Shown: piece after piece, positions 1 to 11,581 of the stretch
Numbering within the stretch: position 1 is the stretch's first letter
How the letters are laid out: each line of letters begins with the position of its first letter
NCBI GenBank assembly: GCA_008632985.1
Contig: QPGO01000006.1
Location: forward strand, 617,138-681,137
Direction: 5' to 3'
Source: Psammoneis japonica
Lineage: Eukaryota
Length of the DNA stretch: 64,000 nt
Made by a program: the position numbers and the translations under genes
Notes under the pieces: model-generated
Databases searched by the model: none
Told to the model about the DNA's origin: nothing
What the model saw: only the letters and a program-made list of their open reading frames with translations

Positions 1-2608
1 GAAACCAAATAAAAATGAAATCCGAATTAATGCACAGGACGATATGGATGTGTCCGGCGGAGACAGCAACGAGAAATTTATAGTGGTTGCCCGCGAGGAT
101 GGAGAGAACTGGCCAACCGTGGATACTTCCCTCGGAGACGGGATTGAAAGAGTTTATGTGATAGGAGTCCCAAAGGGTAAGAGCCTCACCATTCGTGGAG
201 GCGATGGCAATGACGAACTTTGGCTGGGTGCCACGGGCGAAAACCCCGAGGATCCAGTGATTCCTCTAGTGTCGAATAGCTTGCAGTGGATTGGGGGAGC
301 TGGCAACGACATTGTGCATGCATTCTTTACGGCCGAAGGCGTATACGATCTTGAAATTCTCGAAGATTCCGATGGAATCAACACCGCAGAAATCGCTTGT
401 GTAGACACTGCGTGTGCAATTCGGAGTACGGAAGACAGCATAGCAAGCATGCGTGCTACAACGAACTTAACAACATATGCCGAGAAAATCAGCATTCAAA
501 TGGAATCGGCTTACGTTCATGCGGTAGTGTTGCGGTTGGCCGCCAACGAAACCAGCGAGGTGCATTTCGACGATACGTTTGCTGTAATGGATGTTATTGG
601 CGGAACAGAGGCCGATAGTGAGTGTATCTTATGCATTTGCGTCCTTTAGCAAACCTGCATTGTGCTCACCTTCCCCCGTTGTATGCGTTTTTCAGTGTTC
701 TTCGTTGGGCTAAGATACGACTCACCAGAGACCGACGATGCCCCAGCGGATTTGTTGAGTACAACTGACGGATATCTCTCCAATGGAAACTCTCATCCCA
801 TCACGATTAACGGTGGCGGAGGCAACGATGAGTTCACAGTACGCCGGAACACTCAAGTCCTTGATCTAAACGGCGACTCCGGTGACGATACACTGATTGT
901 TGAATCGTCGCTTGCTTCTCCTGGAACGGAGATGCCAGACTATGTTGTTAACTCGTTGGTTGATATGAGTGGAGGCACTGGAAAGGACTCCATCTTCATT
1001 GTGGTGAAGAGGGAAGAGGATTACGTCGCGACACCCAAGGAAATTCTTGGTGGTGGCCTGTCGATAAAGTATAAAACCATCGAGGCGCTGAATGTCGGAG
1101 CAAATGAGCAGATCACGGTTCTATCGATGGATCAAGATCAAGTCTTGCGACTTTTGTCGCCAGATGGATCAGTCGTGCCCAACTCAATCAATCCTCTGAG
1201 TATCGATCCAATCATCTCCAAGAATCTCCGTGGGCACCGTGGAATCATACAGCATGAGGTATCAAGTGACGATCCCGCCTACAACAACCTATACGTGGAG
1301 GGAGTCGCATTCAACGTGCTCGATAACGACGGCGACTTTGCATACATCGGCATCCTGCAGTCAGAAGAGTTCCATCTTATGAATGAAGATGGAGTTGGCC
1401 GCTTTGAAATCTCTGTTTATCCAACTCGAGAGCCAAATGGCACCGTGGCTGTTGATCTAGTTGCGCCAGCGGACGTGGATGGAAACCAGATGCTTCAGCT
1501 GAACGGCGCGACTACTGCTGCAATCACGCTAATATTCGACAGTACGCAGCCGCAGCAGGTCGAGGTCTCTTACAAGACTAGCAGTGCGCCGTTGGAAGTT
1601 ACAGAGCGTGACCTCATGATCAAGATATTATTGAACACGGACTCGACGACCGACGAACGGTTTATCACAACCAAGCAGTCTATCCTACCCATCCACATTA
1701 CGCTCATTCCGGGCACCAATTCTGAAATGGCAAAGTCTGTTACTATTTCCAAGTCCGTTGAAGACTTGTTTGTAGTGGAAGATTCGAGCGTCACTGGGCC
1801 ATTGACTGACTCTTATGACTTGATCTTGCGCCCGTGTCCCGGTTCCGAGACTGCCCTAAATGGCGCATTGCGCATTGGAGTCTCAGATGTTACCCAAGAG
1901 GGGCAGGTTCGGCTCAATGGTCAACTTGATGAGCTTGAAATCTCCTACAACGACTGGGTGAATGCAGATGATTGCATTGTGACTGTCACTGTCAAAGCGG
2001 TAAATGACACAAAGGGTGAAGGTACCGACTTTGTTACGCTTAGGCACGAGCTCTTGGACCCCGATGGACTGCAGTTGTGGACATTAGACGATGGCACGAC
2101 ACTCGAGGTTCCGGATGTCGTCGTCACCATCTACGATGCGGATGAGCCTGGTGTGATTGTCTATTCGACACAGGCTTCAAGGCGTACGGTTGAAGTTCAT
2201 CCAGACAATGACGTGTTGTCCTCCTTCAACTTGAACCGTGGTGCCTACTTGCTGAGGCTCACAAGTCCGCCAGCAAATGGCACCTTTGTCAATGTCTCCT
2301 TGGAGTCATTGCCAGTTGCAAGTGACTACTCGTCTCCTTCAATGATGATGCCGACCCGAAACACCAGTGCGCGGGTCCAGGTAACAAGTTTTTTCTCCCA
2401 ATACTTTGTTTTCAACGATGTAACATGGGACGAGTGGAGAATCGTTGATGTAGTGGCTATTGATGATGACGTCGAGGAGGGCGTAGATCTTTTCAACTTC
2501 CCGCCCCTTCCCAAGTATGGACCAGGGTCGTCATCGCGTACGCGTCGAGCTTCCACTACTAACACAAGTACACAGCAGGATCCGCCCTATTTGAGAAAAA
2601 ATGAATGA
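1..2608 (+). CDS. 5'-partial large secreted/surface protein with RTX-like (GGxGxD) Ca-binding repeats and Calx-beta/cadherin-like domains; intron 618-695
   Basis: The frame is open from the window edge. Repeats GGDGNDEL, GGAGNDIV, GGGGNDEF, GDSGDDTL and GGTGKDSI are present. A GTGAGT(618)...TTTCAG(695) intron joins ORF 44..649 in frame to ORF 662..2608. The 3' end is uncertain (low-complexity tail after FNFPPLP). Confidence 0.7.
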
Positions 2609-3221
2609 CGAAACACCTTAAAGAATTAATACCTCAAATTTTTAGGCGAGAGCATCTATGTGACGAGAGAAAAACAAGAATATTTATATACTGTAACAGA
2701 AGAGCGAAACATATGAAGCCCTCCTGTTGGTACTAAAGCAAACATAAGTGCATGTGAAAGGATGGCAATCAAGTAACACTTATGGCTACTGTACTGCTAC
2801 TAGAGACTAGCTTGCCACTACCAAGTGCTAGCTAGAGTAGAGATGATTTGTACCAGTAGCTTAATACCGGTATGTCGTTGGATTTTGCTGTGTTCCACGA
2901 TACATGGCCTTTTTGATTGCTGGGGTATGAGTACTACGCAATCAATTTATGTCGAACGGCGATGCGATTAGCAGGGTAGCTGGAGACGGTTGGCTCAATA
3001 ACGATGTCGCTTTTATGATTTGGGATTTTTTTTCAAGACCATCCTCCTTGTTGTCTACTTCTCTGTATTGGTCCTGTGCCTCTTTCGAAAGTCAATACCA
3101 GAACACAACATTAACAGTAGCGACAAAACGGCGTTGCTTAAGCATTAGAAAGATAAAATAGTTAGCAGATTCTTCGCACGTACATCCTCCCTGGCTCTCT
3201 TGGCTTGAATCAATCCCATCG

Positions 3222-3941
3222 TTACAACTTGGCACAGTTTCGCTTTTCAAACTCTTGTTTCAATTGTTGAGTATTGCAAAGAGCCGGGAAAAAGTGCACC
3301 TGTCCCGGTTTGGCTCCCGCCGCAATCGCCTCTTCCGAGTTTGCCTTGGCCCCGGGCCCATCGTTCCAATTTTCACTTGGCGTTTGCGTTTCCTTAAAGT
3401 ATACTAAAATGGGTCCCTGCGGTTGATCGATCCATCCCTTGGGGAAAAAGTCATAATTGACAAAGGAATCATAGGTCCACTTGTTGGCACCACCAACCAC
3501 AATGTTTTCACCAGTCTCGTCCAAATCGTTTCCCTGCTTGAGCTCAAAGGAATCTTGGGTAAAGACAAATCGAATACGAGCCGTTTGGACGGCAAATAGA
3601 ATGGCCAAGAGCGTCGTAGGAATGCCTAGAAGGATTTGAATGTAGGGAATAACGTCAAATACCACAGCCAAACCGGCAAAAATTGCAGCAAGCTTGTAAT
3701 CCGGATCAATCACAACGTCGGGCAGTTGCGGTGGTTCTTCTTCTTGCTTTGGTGGAGTAAACATGTCGCCAAGGTTTTTGGTCAAGGAACCAAACAAATC
3801 GTTGTTGCTTGCCATGGCGAGCTGCGGCTTGGTCTGGCAGAGCTGCTGCTTCGGGACGAGTGTGGGCGCAACAAATCCATTGGCGGCGGAGGACACGGCA
3901 GCCAACAGCACAGATGATAAAAACAGCCTCATGGTGGGCAT
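3222..3941 (-). CDS. Plastid-targeted DUF3119 family membrane protein
   Basis: Signal peptide plus ANG-FVAP transit start, two TM helices, and the motifs PILVYFKETQ and QVHFFP typical of DUF3119. Confidence 0.85.
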   Translation of the reverse strand: MPTMRLFLSSVLLAAVSSAANGFVAPTLVPKQQLCQTKPQLAMASNNDLFGSLTKNLGDMFTPPKQEEEPPQLPDVVIDPDYKLAAIFAGLAVVFDVIPYIQILLGIPTTLLAILFAVQTARIRFVFTQDSFELKQGNDLDETGENIVVGGANKWTYDSFVNYDFFPKGWIDQPQGPILVYFKETQTPSENWNDGPGAKANSEEAIAAGAKPGQVHFFPALCNTQQLKQEFEKRNCAKL

Positions 3942-4149
3942 GCTGATGATTCTAAGAGTGATTCAACGAATGCTACGATATAAAGGGGTCTCTCACAGGA
4001 GAGCAACGACACTGATAGCAACAAAAATGCGTTGACCGCGTTGACGTGAGCAGTAATGAGAAAGATGATGATGGATGTGCGCCGCCGATGACGTGTTTTT
4101 GCAGAGCTCAATCGCCTTTACTGCATCAGAGAATGTAAATAATCTCCTC

Positions 4150-5400
4150 TGCGGAAGTGCATGACCTTGTTGCACACATGCATCGAACTCAACTCAAAAT
4201 GTTGTTTTTGCGCCACATTCAAACAATCTTTTTTATCCATCACAATTTTGGCACTAAAATGGATTCCATGCCAATCATCCTGAAAATGCCGCTGCGGCCC
4301 TGCGGACCTTGGTTTGGTTTCGACAAATGGAGCTCCCCGAGGCTCCCAGGGTTGTTGCTGCCTTTTGCTGCGCTCTTCTGCAGGGAACATGGAACTCCCA
4401 GGGAATCACCACACATGCCACTTTGTAATGCACGCACTGTGGACATAAATGCAAATTGACACACTGGGAGTTCCCTGTGCTTCCCCCACACGATTTGCCA
4501 CTTGCAGAGATGCACGCCTCCCGCGCGCGCTTCTGCTCCCCCTCTGCGCATCAGCAGCACGTGCAGAACCACACCCAGCAGTCAACTGCAACAAACACAA
4601 CACAGATGACTCTCAATGTCAGCAAGTGACCAAAAGAATGAAAGGTGCACACTGCTGCCAAGAAGCAGGACATTGCCAAATCAACAAAAGTGCGGCGCAG
4701 CTCATTGCTTCGGCAATGGCAGCTGTGCAAGCGGGCCACACTTTGTCAATTTGGTGTGCCTGTTTTTGTGCAACAACTCCAACAGTGCCACAGATTGAGG
4801 ATTGTTTTACACAGAGGGGGTCATGCATGAAGATGTCGTGGCTGGTGGCCCCCCGGTCAGATGCAGCGCTCACAAAACAAAGCCAAGGGTGGCAAACAGC
4901 AGTTTGACAGACACAGGCACAGCACTTGTGGGCATTTTGCCTGGAAACCCTGTTTTCATCTGTTTGGGCCAAGCTGTTGGGGGGTCAACTGGTGTTCGCC
5001 ACCACTCACCCTGCCACATGCACCCACCTGCCTTGATCACAATGCAAGAAATTCAAGTGGAGCTCAGTGAAAATGAGTGGTTATTTCAGTTTGCCTGCAG
5101 TGGCTTTTGCCATTGAATCAAGAATGCCATGCCTCTTCCCATGAAGAACATTTGAACTGCAACATCACATCTCTTCTGTGCTTGAAGGAACACACTTGTT
5201 GGATGTGCCATTTTTTTCCAGACTGCACCACCACCCAGCACCATTTGGAAAACAAGATTGCTAAATTTCAACAATTTTGAGACTGCTTGTTTTGCAAGAG
5301 CCACCCAAGTGCTTGCTTTGGCTCTTGGCGCCACAGTCAGCTAATGTTTGAAGCAGCAAGATGAGCCTGCAGAATGACCAATCAAAAATCAAGGAGACGA
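4150..5400. mobile_element. Degenerate TpA-depleted repeat/TE fragment, family unassigned
   Basis: Near absence of TA, excess TG/CA, and nearly Tyr-free His/Cys-rich ORFs in all frames. No recognisable domain; bounds approximate. Confidence 0.45.
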
Positions 5401-5538
5401 CGCTCGACGTGCAGCTTCTCTTATGACTGACTTTTGCCAACTGGCAAGGAGAGGTTCAATGAGGCAACTTACTATCTCTCGGGAAAGGCTTCTTTGGACG
5501 AGTGCTAGGCATTTGACAAAAAGGCCCTAATCTGTGGG

Positions 5539-6918
5539 TTAACTATTAAAGCGATTCATCAAAAAGACGCGTACCGCATCATCGGTTTCTGGTCCTCGAA
5601 AGTCACTCATTGATGCATAGATACGGCTGACACTCCATCCGTTTTGCAAAATGTTGGTATAGATGCTATGAAGATCGTGCTCGACGGCATCCGAGTCAGC
5701 ACCTACCAGACAGAATAGCAGCGAGGTTCCACGAACACTGGCGGCAATCAGTTGAACAAGAAATTTGCAATAAACATTTCCTCCAAAAGCGCCACAGCCC
5801 CAGTGTCCTGTTGCAACTTGTTTTCCTTCCATGCCCCCAAAACCAGTAATGGCTTTGAGGATGTCACGATCGAATTTGGGTCCCAGAAGCTGATCCGATA
5901 TGCATTTGACACTGTCCGCCGTCGAGGCATCCATGGCGATAATGCTCGTTTTCGAAACATTGGTCGCAGGACCTATCACGCGAAAAGTGTGTTGGAAACC
6001 TTCCCCAGTACAATACGGGCGTACGTTGTCGATCCGAATGGCTTCGTGAACATCCATTGTCTCGCAAAAGAGAATTCCAACGAAACATTCTGGATAAACG
6101 GTAAACAAAAGCTCTTCTTGGGTCACACTGGGCCAAACAGCGCCCACGTGCAAGTCTTCATTGGCAAAATCTACCAACGCACCACATCTATCATTCTGTA
6201 CTTCAATGCCCTGGCGGACAAAGCGGACCGGGGCAATCGAATCGCAACCAGCCAGTGCGTACTGTAGATGAAAGGTTTTTGAAAGCGCGATTCGTCGAAA
6301 CGAGATTTCACAATCACTGAAGCTAGTGACCATTGTAGAAGCTTTTAAATACAGCAACAATCCCTTGGTCCGCTCCTTGGCCACAGGGGTGTCCGAGCAG
6401 AACACCAAATGCCACGACAGGCTTCCGTAATGTGGCACCGTGCTAGTCAAATTGATCGATCGTTCCTCCAACAGAGGCAAACGTGACAGATTTCCCAAAA
6501 AAGCATTGGATAGAATACAAGCAATTTGAGCAGTGTTTAGATGGACGCTGCAGTTACCAGACTTTCGGGAGAGTGTGGGAACGTGTAAGGTTGGAAAGTG
6601 CAACCGGAGCTGCGACGCCGACCGAACAATATTTTGGTACAGACCATTTGGATTGTCAAAGGTAAGGACGTCTTCTTGAGGATCCATCTTTTCCAGATCG
6701 GCTACTGCCGACCGCAAGGCAGGGAGATGGTTGCGTATTTCTGTTTCATCCGAACCTTTGATGCGATTGTGATTGGCAGTGATTATGTTGATCAGTTCGT
6801 CCAGCGATTGGCAGCGTTCGAGCTCATCTCTTCGCCGAGGGTTTTCGAAGAGGTCCAAGCTTCTTTGAAACGAATAAAAGGCGTATTCTGGTGGTGTTGA
6901 GTGACTGTTCCGGCTCAT
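5539..6918 (-). CDS. PARG: Poly(ADP-ribose) glycohydrolase (macrodomain PARG catalytic domain)
   Basis: Motifs VDFAN...TQEELLF, YPECFV, IIAMDA, RDILKAITGF and VATGHWGCGAFGGN match canonical PARG catalytic domain motifs. Confidence 0.85.
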   Translation of the reverse strand: MSRNSHSTPPEYAFYSFQRSLDLFENPRRRDELERCQSLDELINIITANHNRIKGSDETEIRNHLPALRSAVADLEKMDPQEDVLTFDNPNGLYQNIVRSASQLRLHFPTLHVPTLSRKSGNCSVHLNTAQIACILSNAFLGNLSRLPLLEERSINLTSTVPHYGSLSWHLVFCSDTPVAKERTKGLLLYLKASTMVTSFSDCEISFRRIALSKTFHLQYALAGCDSIAPVRFVRQGIEVQNDRCGALVDFANEDLHVGAVWPSVTQEELLFTVYPECFVGILFCETMDVHEAIRIDNVRPYCTGEGFQHTFRVIGPATNVSKTSIIAMDASTADSVKCISDQLLGPKFDRDILKAITGFGGMEGKQVATGHWGCGAFGGNVYCKFLVQLIAASVRGTSLLFCLVGADSDAVEHDLHSIYTNILQNGWSVSRIYASMSDFRGPETDDAVRVFLMNRFNS

Positions 6919-7749
6919 AGTGTCGTTTGGGCTTGTATTGTAATTTGTAATGTTGTTATCTTTTTTTGATATAGAGATGATGAATGTTGGGATGATTGGG
7001 GGACGTCTTCGGAAGTGAGACTGTCGAAGAAAGTTACGTAGAATTTGTACTAAAACAGTCTGTCAATCAGTGCGATTGGGTATTTGGGACCTCTGGACAG
7101 ATCCTACGTGTTTTTTTTTTGCGTACAAATTGTACTGGGAAAACCCCAAACGAAGACGCCCCCCATGATGCATGATGCAGAAAGCAGAAAATCTTTCTCG
7201 CACGCACCTACCTCGCACCGGCACTCGTCGCTTTCAAGTCCCGAGTCCCGCTGGTTTTTTCCATCCCGAATGAAGTTACCGTACACTCTAGCTACTGCTC
7301 TACTAGCTAGATAGATTAGAGTGTTCTTACCGACCCTCACGGGTCATGGGTCTAGGGTTCTCATCCGTTCGTGCTTCAACACTCGACTCAATCACGATTC
7401 GCCGGCCCGATCAGCTTCAACCCTCAACGCGGCCTGGAGGCCTGTGCTTTGATGCTTTGATGATGGGGTTGCGGGTGTTCTCGTCCGCCAAGGTAAGAAA
7501 CACTTTTGCATCATTGTTGCACTTGTGATCCATGTCATGCCAAGACAACCAAGGCTTTTTCACCATGGACACCCCCGCAAATTGGTGCGGCGGCTCACAA
7601 ACAGAAACACGAGGGATCGGTCTCTCAACGTGCGAGGAGCATCTGCGCCAAGGAGAACAGAGACATTCTGGATGCATTCCATTCAATCAGTTATTCAATG
7701 GTCTGTGGTTCTCACTCTACTTTCGATCGTGTCCAGAGTTGATGTTGTC

Positions 7750-9142
7750 AATCAGGAAAATGAGCATTTGTTGGATCCAGAACAAGTTGGCAATGCGGAC
7801 GATCCGTTTGGCGTCGCTCTTGCGTGTGCATTGGGCAGCATTTTTGCACATCGTCATGTGGCTCAGATTTGGGCTGATGCAAATGTGACAATTGGTGATG
7901 TGACACATGAGGAGGAGCATCGTCCCATTGACTTTTCTCCCACACATCACCGACGAATCGATGGTTGCTCTGACAACTGTGCCGAACGGACGACTCGATT
8001 CAACGTGGAGGAGTTGAGAGTGTTGCATGATTTGTTTGAGCCACCCGACATGGTTCTTGGGCCATGCACTCATGGGCATCATTGCCAATTCACTGGTGAG
8101 GAATTGTTTTTGTTTTCCTTGACCAAGGTGGCACTTGGACTCGACAACACCGTGTTGGTGGATGACCACTTTGGAGGCAGGGATTTGACTCGGTGGTCGC
8201 ATGGATGCGGTGGTTTTTGATGCATCTTGATGATGGATGTGCTCCTGTCATTGGACAAGAAGCACTTCAGAGATGGGTTGATGATTTTCCATTGTTCGCC
8301 AGAGCAACAGAGCGCAAACTGAAGCAACGGGCCACTTGGACTGACCCAGATGCTGATCAAGCACACAACGTCCCCGGTCTTGTTTGTCCACCAGGGGAAC
8401 TCAACATCATGGGCTTTGTGGATTGTTCAATTTTTGAAACAAACACTCCTGGAACAGGGCCAGCTGATGACTGGCACATGTGCTCCTCGGCGCCCCGACT
8501 TGGACGACGTTCAGCGATCTGTTTGCACAGGCTGCAAACACGTTCACGGAATTAAGACATTGTCCACAGTCTTTCCAAATGGCTTGTGCATTGCACGGGG
8601 TCCTGCTTCAGCTCGCAGGCAAGTGCAAAGTTGTCAGTTCTGTGCTGCAATTGTTTGTCACGTCAAACACAGGCACTCGTCGATTTGCGTTTGATTTTTA
8701 AGTTTCCCAGAGCTGACACCGATTTGCAGCGCTTGTCTGCCGTGAACCAGCACTTGGCAGACATGCAACAAGGACACTTTCAAGATGGCATGGTGCATGC
8801 GGTGCACACAGACCGGGGACATGCTCAACAACAATGTGCACTCCATGCGCATCAACCTGGCCACAACGGGGTGCTGCCGCTCACGTCCATGCAAATGCTC
8901 GAAAATTGTCGGCTCAAGGTGGTGCGCATCACTGTGGAGTGGAGCCATGGCATTGTGTCAAATGTGTTTCGTGTGTGCAGGACATTCTGCCCTTCCATGA
9001 AAGCCCGCATGCTTGCGAGCAGCTTCGTGTGTCTTTTCTGCTGACAAACTGCCACACGTGCTTTCATCACAACCAGATTGGAGCGATCGGCACTTTTGGT
9101 GTTGATCCTCCGTCAATTCAAAACTGCTTAAATTTACATTAG
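7750..9142 (+). pseudogene. Harbinger-type (DDE_Tnp_4-like) transposase pseudogene
   Basis: GFVDCS, QRSVCTGCKHVHGIK (family-typical ..YxGYK..HG.K), GPASARR, AVHTDRGH, RITVEWSHG and LLTNCHTC. Frameshifted; probable intron 8619-8710. Start approximate. Confidence 0.8.
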
Positions 9143-9231
9143 ATACAAACTTAGCATAGAATGTAGCTTCTTGTATCTTTGTGTCATAGATCTCCTGGCA
9201 CTTCCATTGCCTGAAAACGCACTCTAGCAAC

Positions 9232-10450
9232 TTGGCGCGCAACTGCGTTCGTTTTGACATAGAAAAGAGAATTCTGATCTGCTAAAGGCATGGAAACAAA
9301 AATGCTGCCATTAAAAAGTACTCGTTCTGAAGATGGCATTAACACTGTTTATTGTTGCAAAACTCCAATTACTTCTGGAGTAACGCCTGGTTCATCAAAA
9401 CGAATCCAGCAATTTGGCGCGCAATTGCGGTGTCGTTTGGATACACAAAAGACTATTCTGATCTGCTCAAGGTGTGGAAACAAAAATACTGCCATTAAAA
9501 AGTACTCGTTCTGTAGATGTCATTGACACTGTTTGTCATTGCAAAACTCCCATTAATTCTGGAGTAACGCCTGGTTGATGAAAACGCACCAGTGATTTGG
9601 CGCGCAATTGCGGTGTCGTTTGGATGTGTAAAAGACTATTCTGATCTGCTCAAGGTGTGGAAACAAAAAAACTACCATTAAAAAGTACTCGTTCTGTAGA
9701 TGTCATTGACACTGTTTATTGTTGCAAAACTCCCAACAATTCTGGAGTGACGCCTGGTTGATGAAAACGCACCAGGAATTTGTCGCGCAATTGCGGTGTC
9801 GTTTGGATATACACAAAAGACTATTCTGATCTGCTCAAGGTGTGGAAACAAAAATGCTGCCATAAGAAAGTACTCGTTCTGTAGATGTCATTAACACTGT
9901 TCATTGTTGCAAAACTCCCATCACTTCTGGAGCAACGCCTGCCGGCAGTTCATGAAAACGGACCAGGAATTTTTGGCGCGCAATTGCGGTGTCGTTTGGA
10001 CACATAAAACAGAATTCTGATCTGCTCAAGGTATGGAAACAAAAACACTACCACAAGAAAGTACTCGTTCTGCAGATGTCATTGACACTGTTTGTTGTTG
10101 CAAAACTCCCATTGCTTCTGGAGTGACGCCTGCCGGCAGTTCATGAAAACGGACTGGGAATTTTTGGCGCGCAACTGCGGTGTCATTTGGACACACAAAA
10201 CAGAATTCTGATCTGCTCAAGGTGTGGAAACAAAAACACTGCCATTGGAAAGCACTCGTTCTGCAGATGGCATTAACACTGTTCATTGTTGCAAAACTCC
10301 CATTGCTTCTGGAGTGACGCCTGCCGGCAGTTCATGAAAACGGACTGGGAATTTTTGGCGCGCAATTTTGCGGCGGCGTTCGGATGCACGTGACAGAATT
10401 CTGATCTGCTCAAGTTGTGGAAACAAAAATGCTGCCATTGGAAAGTGCTC
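9232..10450. repeat. Tandem array of about 6.5 units of about 183-192 bp between the two Harbinger ORFs
   Basis: The anchor ATTCTGATCTGCT recurs at about 9271, 9455, 9638, 9823, 10014, 10205 and 10397. Units align along their full length. Confidence 0.95.
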
Positions 10451-10501
10451 GGCGACATGAAACATGCATCCTAATTTATGCCAAGCACAGCCTGATCTTT
10501 T

Positions 10502-11581
10502 TCAGGCCTGATCTTTAAAACACTCGTCTTGCAGCTGCTTGCAATGCTCTTGAAACCTTGAGACGTCGAGACCCGCATCCCTGCCCTGCGAGATCATTGT
10601 TGCTGCGGACGCCATTGTGTCCAACTGAAGCTTCCTCTTCTTGCGCTTGTTGAGTTCTCCAATCTCCTCCCTGGATGGGAGGAAAGCCTTGATGTCACTC
10701 AAGACTTTGTCTGCCTTCTCTTGGGTTTTTTCCAAATCCAGCACACGGTCCTTCGACCTGGGCTCCCCCCGCACTTTTCCATCAGGTCTCTCAGAGGGAG
10801 TGACAGCAATGCTTGGGACTGGACGCTTCTTGCTGAATGGTTTTGGAGGTGCAAGTTTGAGTTTGGCTTCGCTTGGAGCATTCGCAGCAGCCACTTCCTC
10901 CTTCCTTGCCGTCGCTTCCGACCTGGATTCTTCATCCTTTTCTGTCAAATCTTTCTGCTCCTTCCACATGGCCAATGCAGAGATCTCACAAGGGGTGCAA
11001 TGCCCTTCTTCCTTGTTTAAAGCACCCTCAGCCAACGTGTCCACAATGCCCCAGCATTTTTGTTGAAAAGTGCGATGCGCAAACTCGCCAGTTGGCTTGA
11101 AATGGCCGCGAGCAGGGCCATCAGGTCCATCGCAGAACTCGTCTAGAACTGGCTGCCAGACTGACTTGGTGGTCGCATCTTTTGAAATGTGCTTGATGTG
11201 CAGATGTGCTTTCTTTGCTTGCATGACAAAGAGCAATTTGCACAACAAGCTCTCGTTCTCGGGTTGCAGCAACTTTGGAAGCTTTGGCTTTTTTGTCGCT
11301 CCTTTCTCCTCATTGATTGAGTCAACCATTGCGCATCCTCTGTAAGATCAATTGAGAGATTTGTGATTTCCAAAAGAGCTGCTTCTTCCCCATCCAAAGT
11401 CGTAGAAGGGGCTGGCCCGGATGCAGAAATGACGCTGGCACTGGGGGTCGACTGTCCTGCTCCATTGTTTGTGCCAGAGCCACCAGATCTGGAAGCTTTC
11501 TTCAACTCTTCCAAAGCCCATGCAAACTTGTGATGCTGTGGGTGCTCAGAAGACATGATGATGTGCTGTGTGGATGCCATG
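10502..11581 (-). pseudogene. Second (accessory, possibly Myb/SANT-like DNA-binding) ORF of the Harbinger element
   Basis: Charged 275-aa ORF with no Tyr, plus an upstream frameshifted segment. It lies inside the TIRs, convergent with the transposase; Harbinger elements typically carry such a second ORF. The Myb assignment is by position and Trp spacing only. Confidence 0.55.

Noticed and set aside
5752..6267. Long antisense ORFs over PARG and other genes (e.g. 21592-22227, 42050-42565, 57445-58053)
   Set aside because: Shadows of real coding sequence on the opposite strand.
9232..10450. Possible CRISPR array
   Set aside because: Units align along their entire length of about 185 bp with no unique spacers; no cas genes; eukaryotic context.
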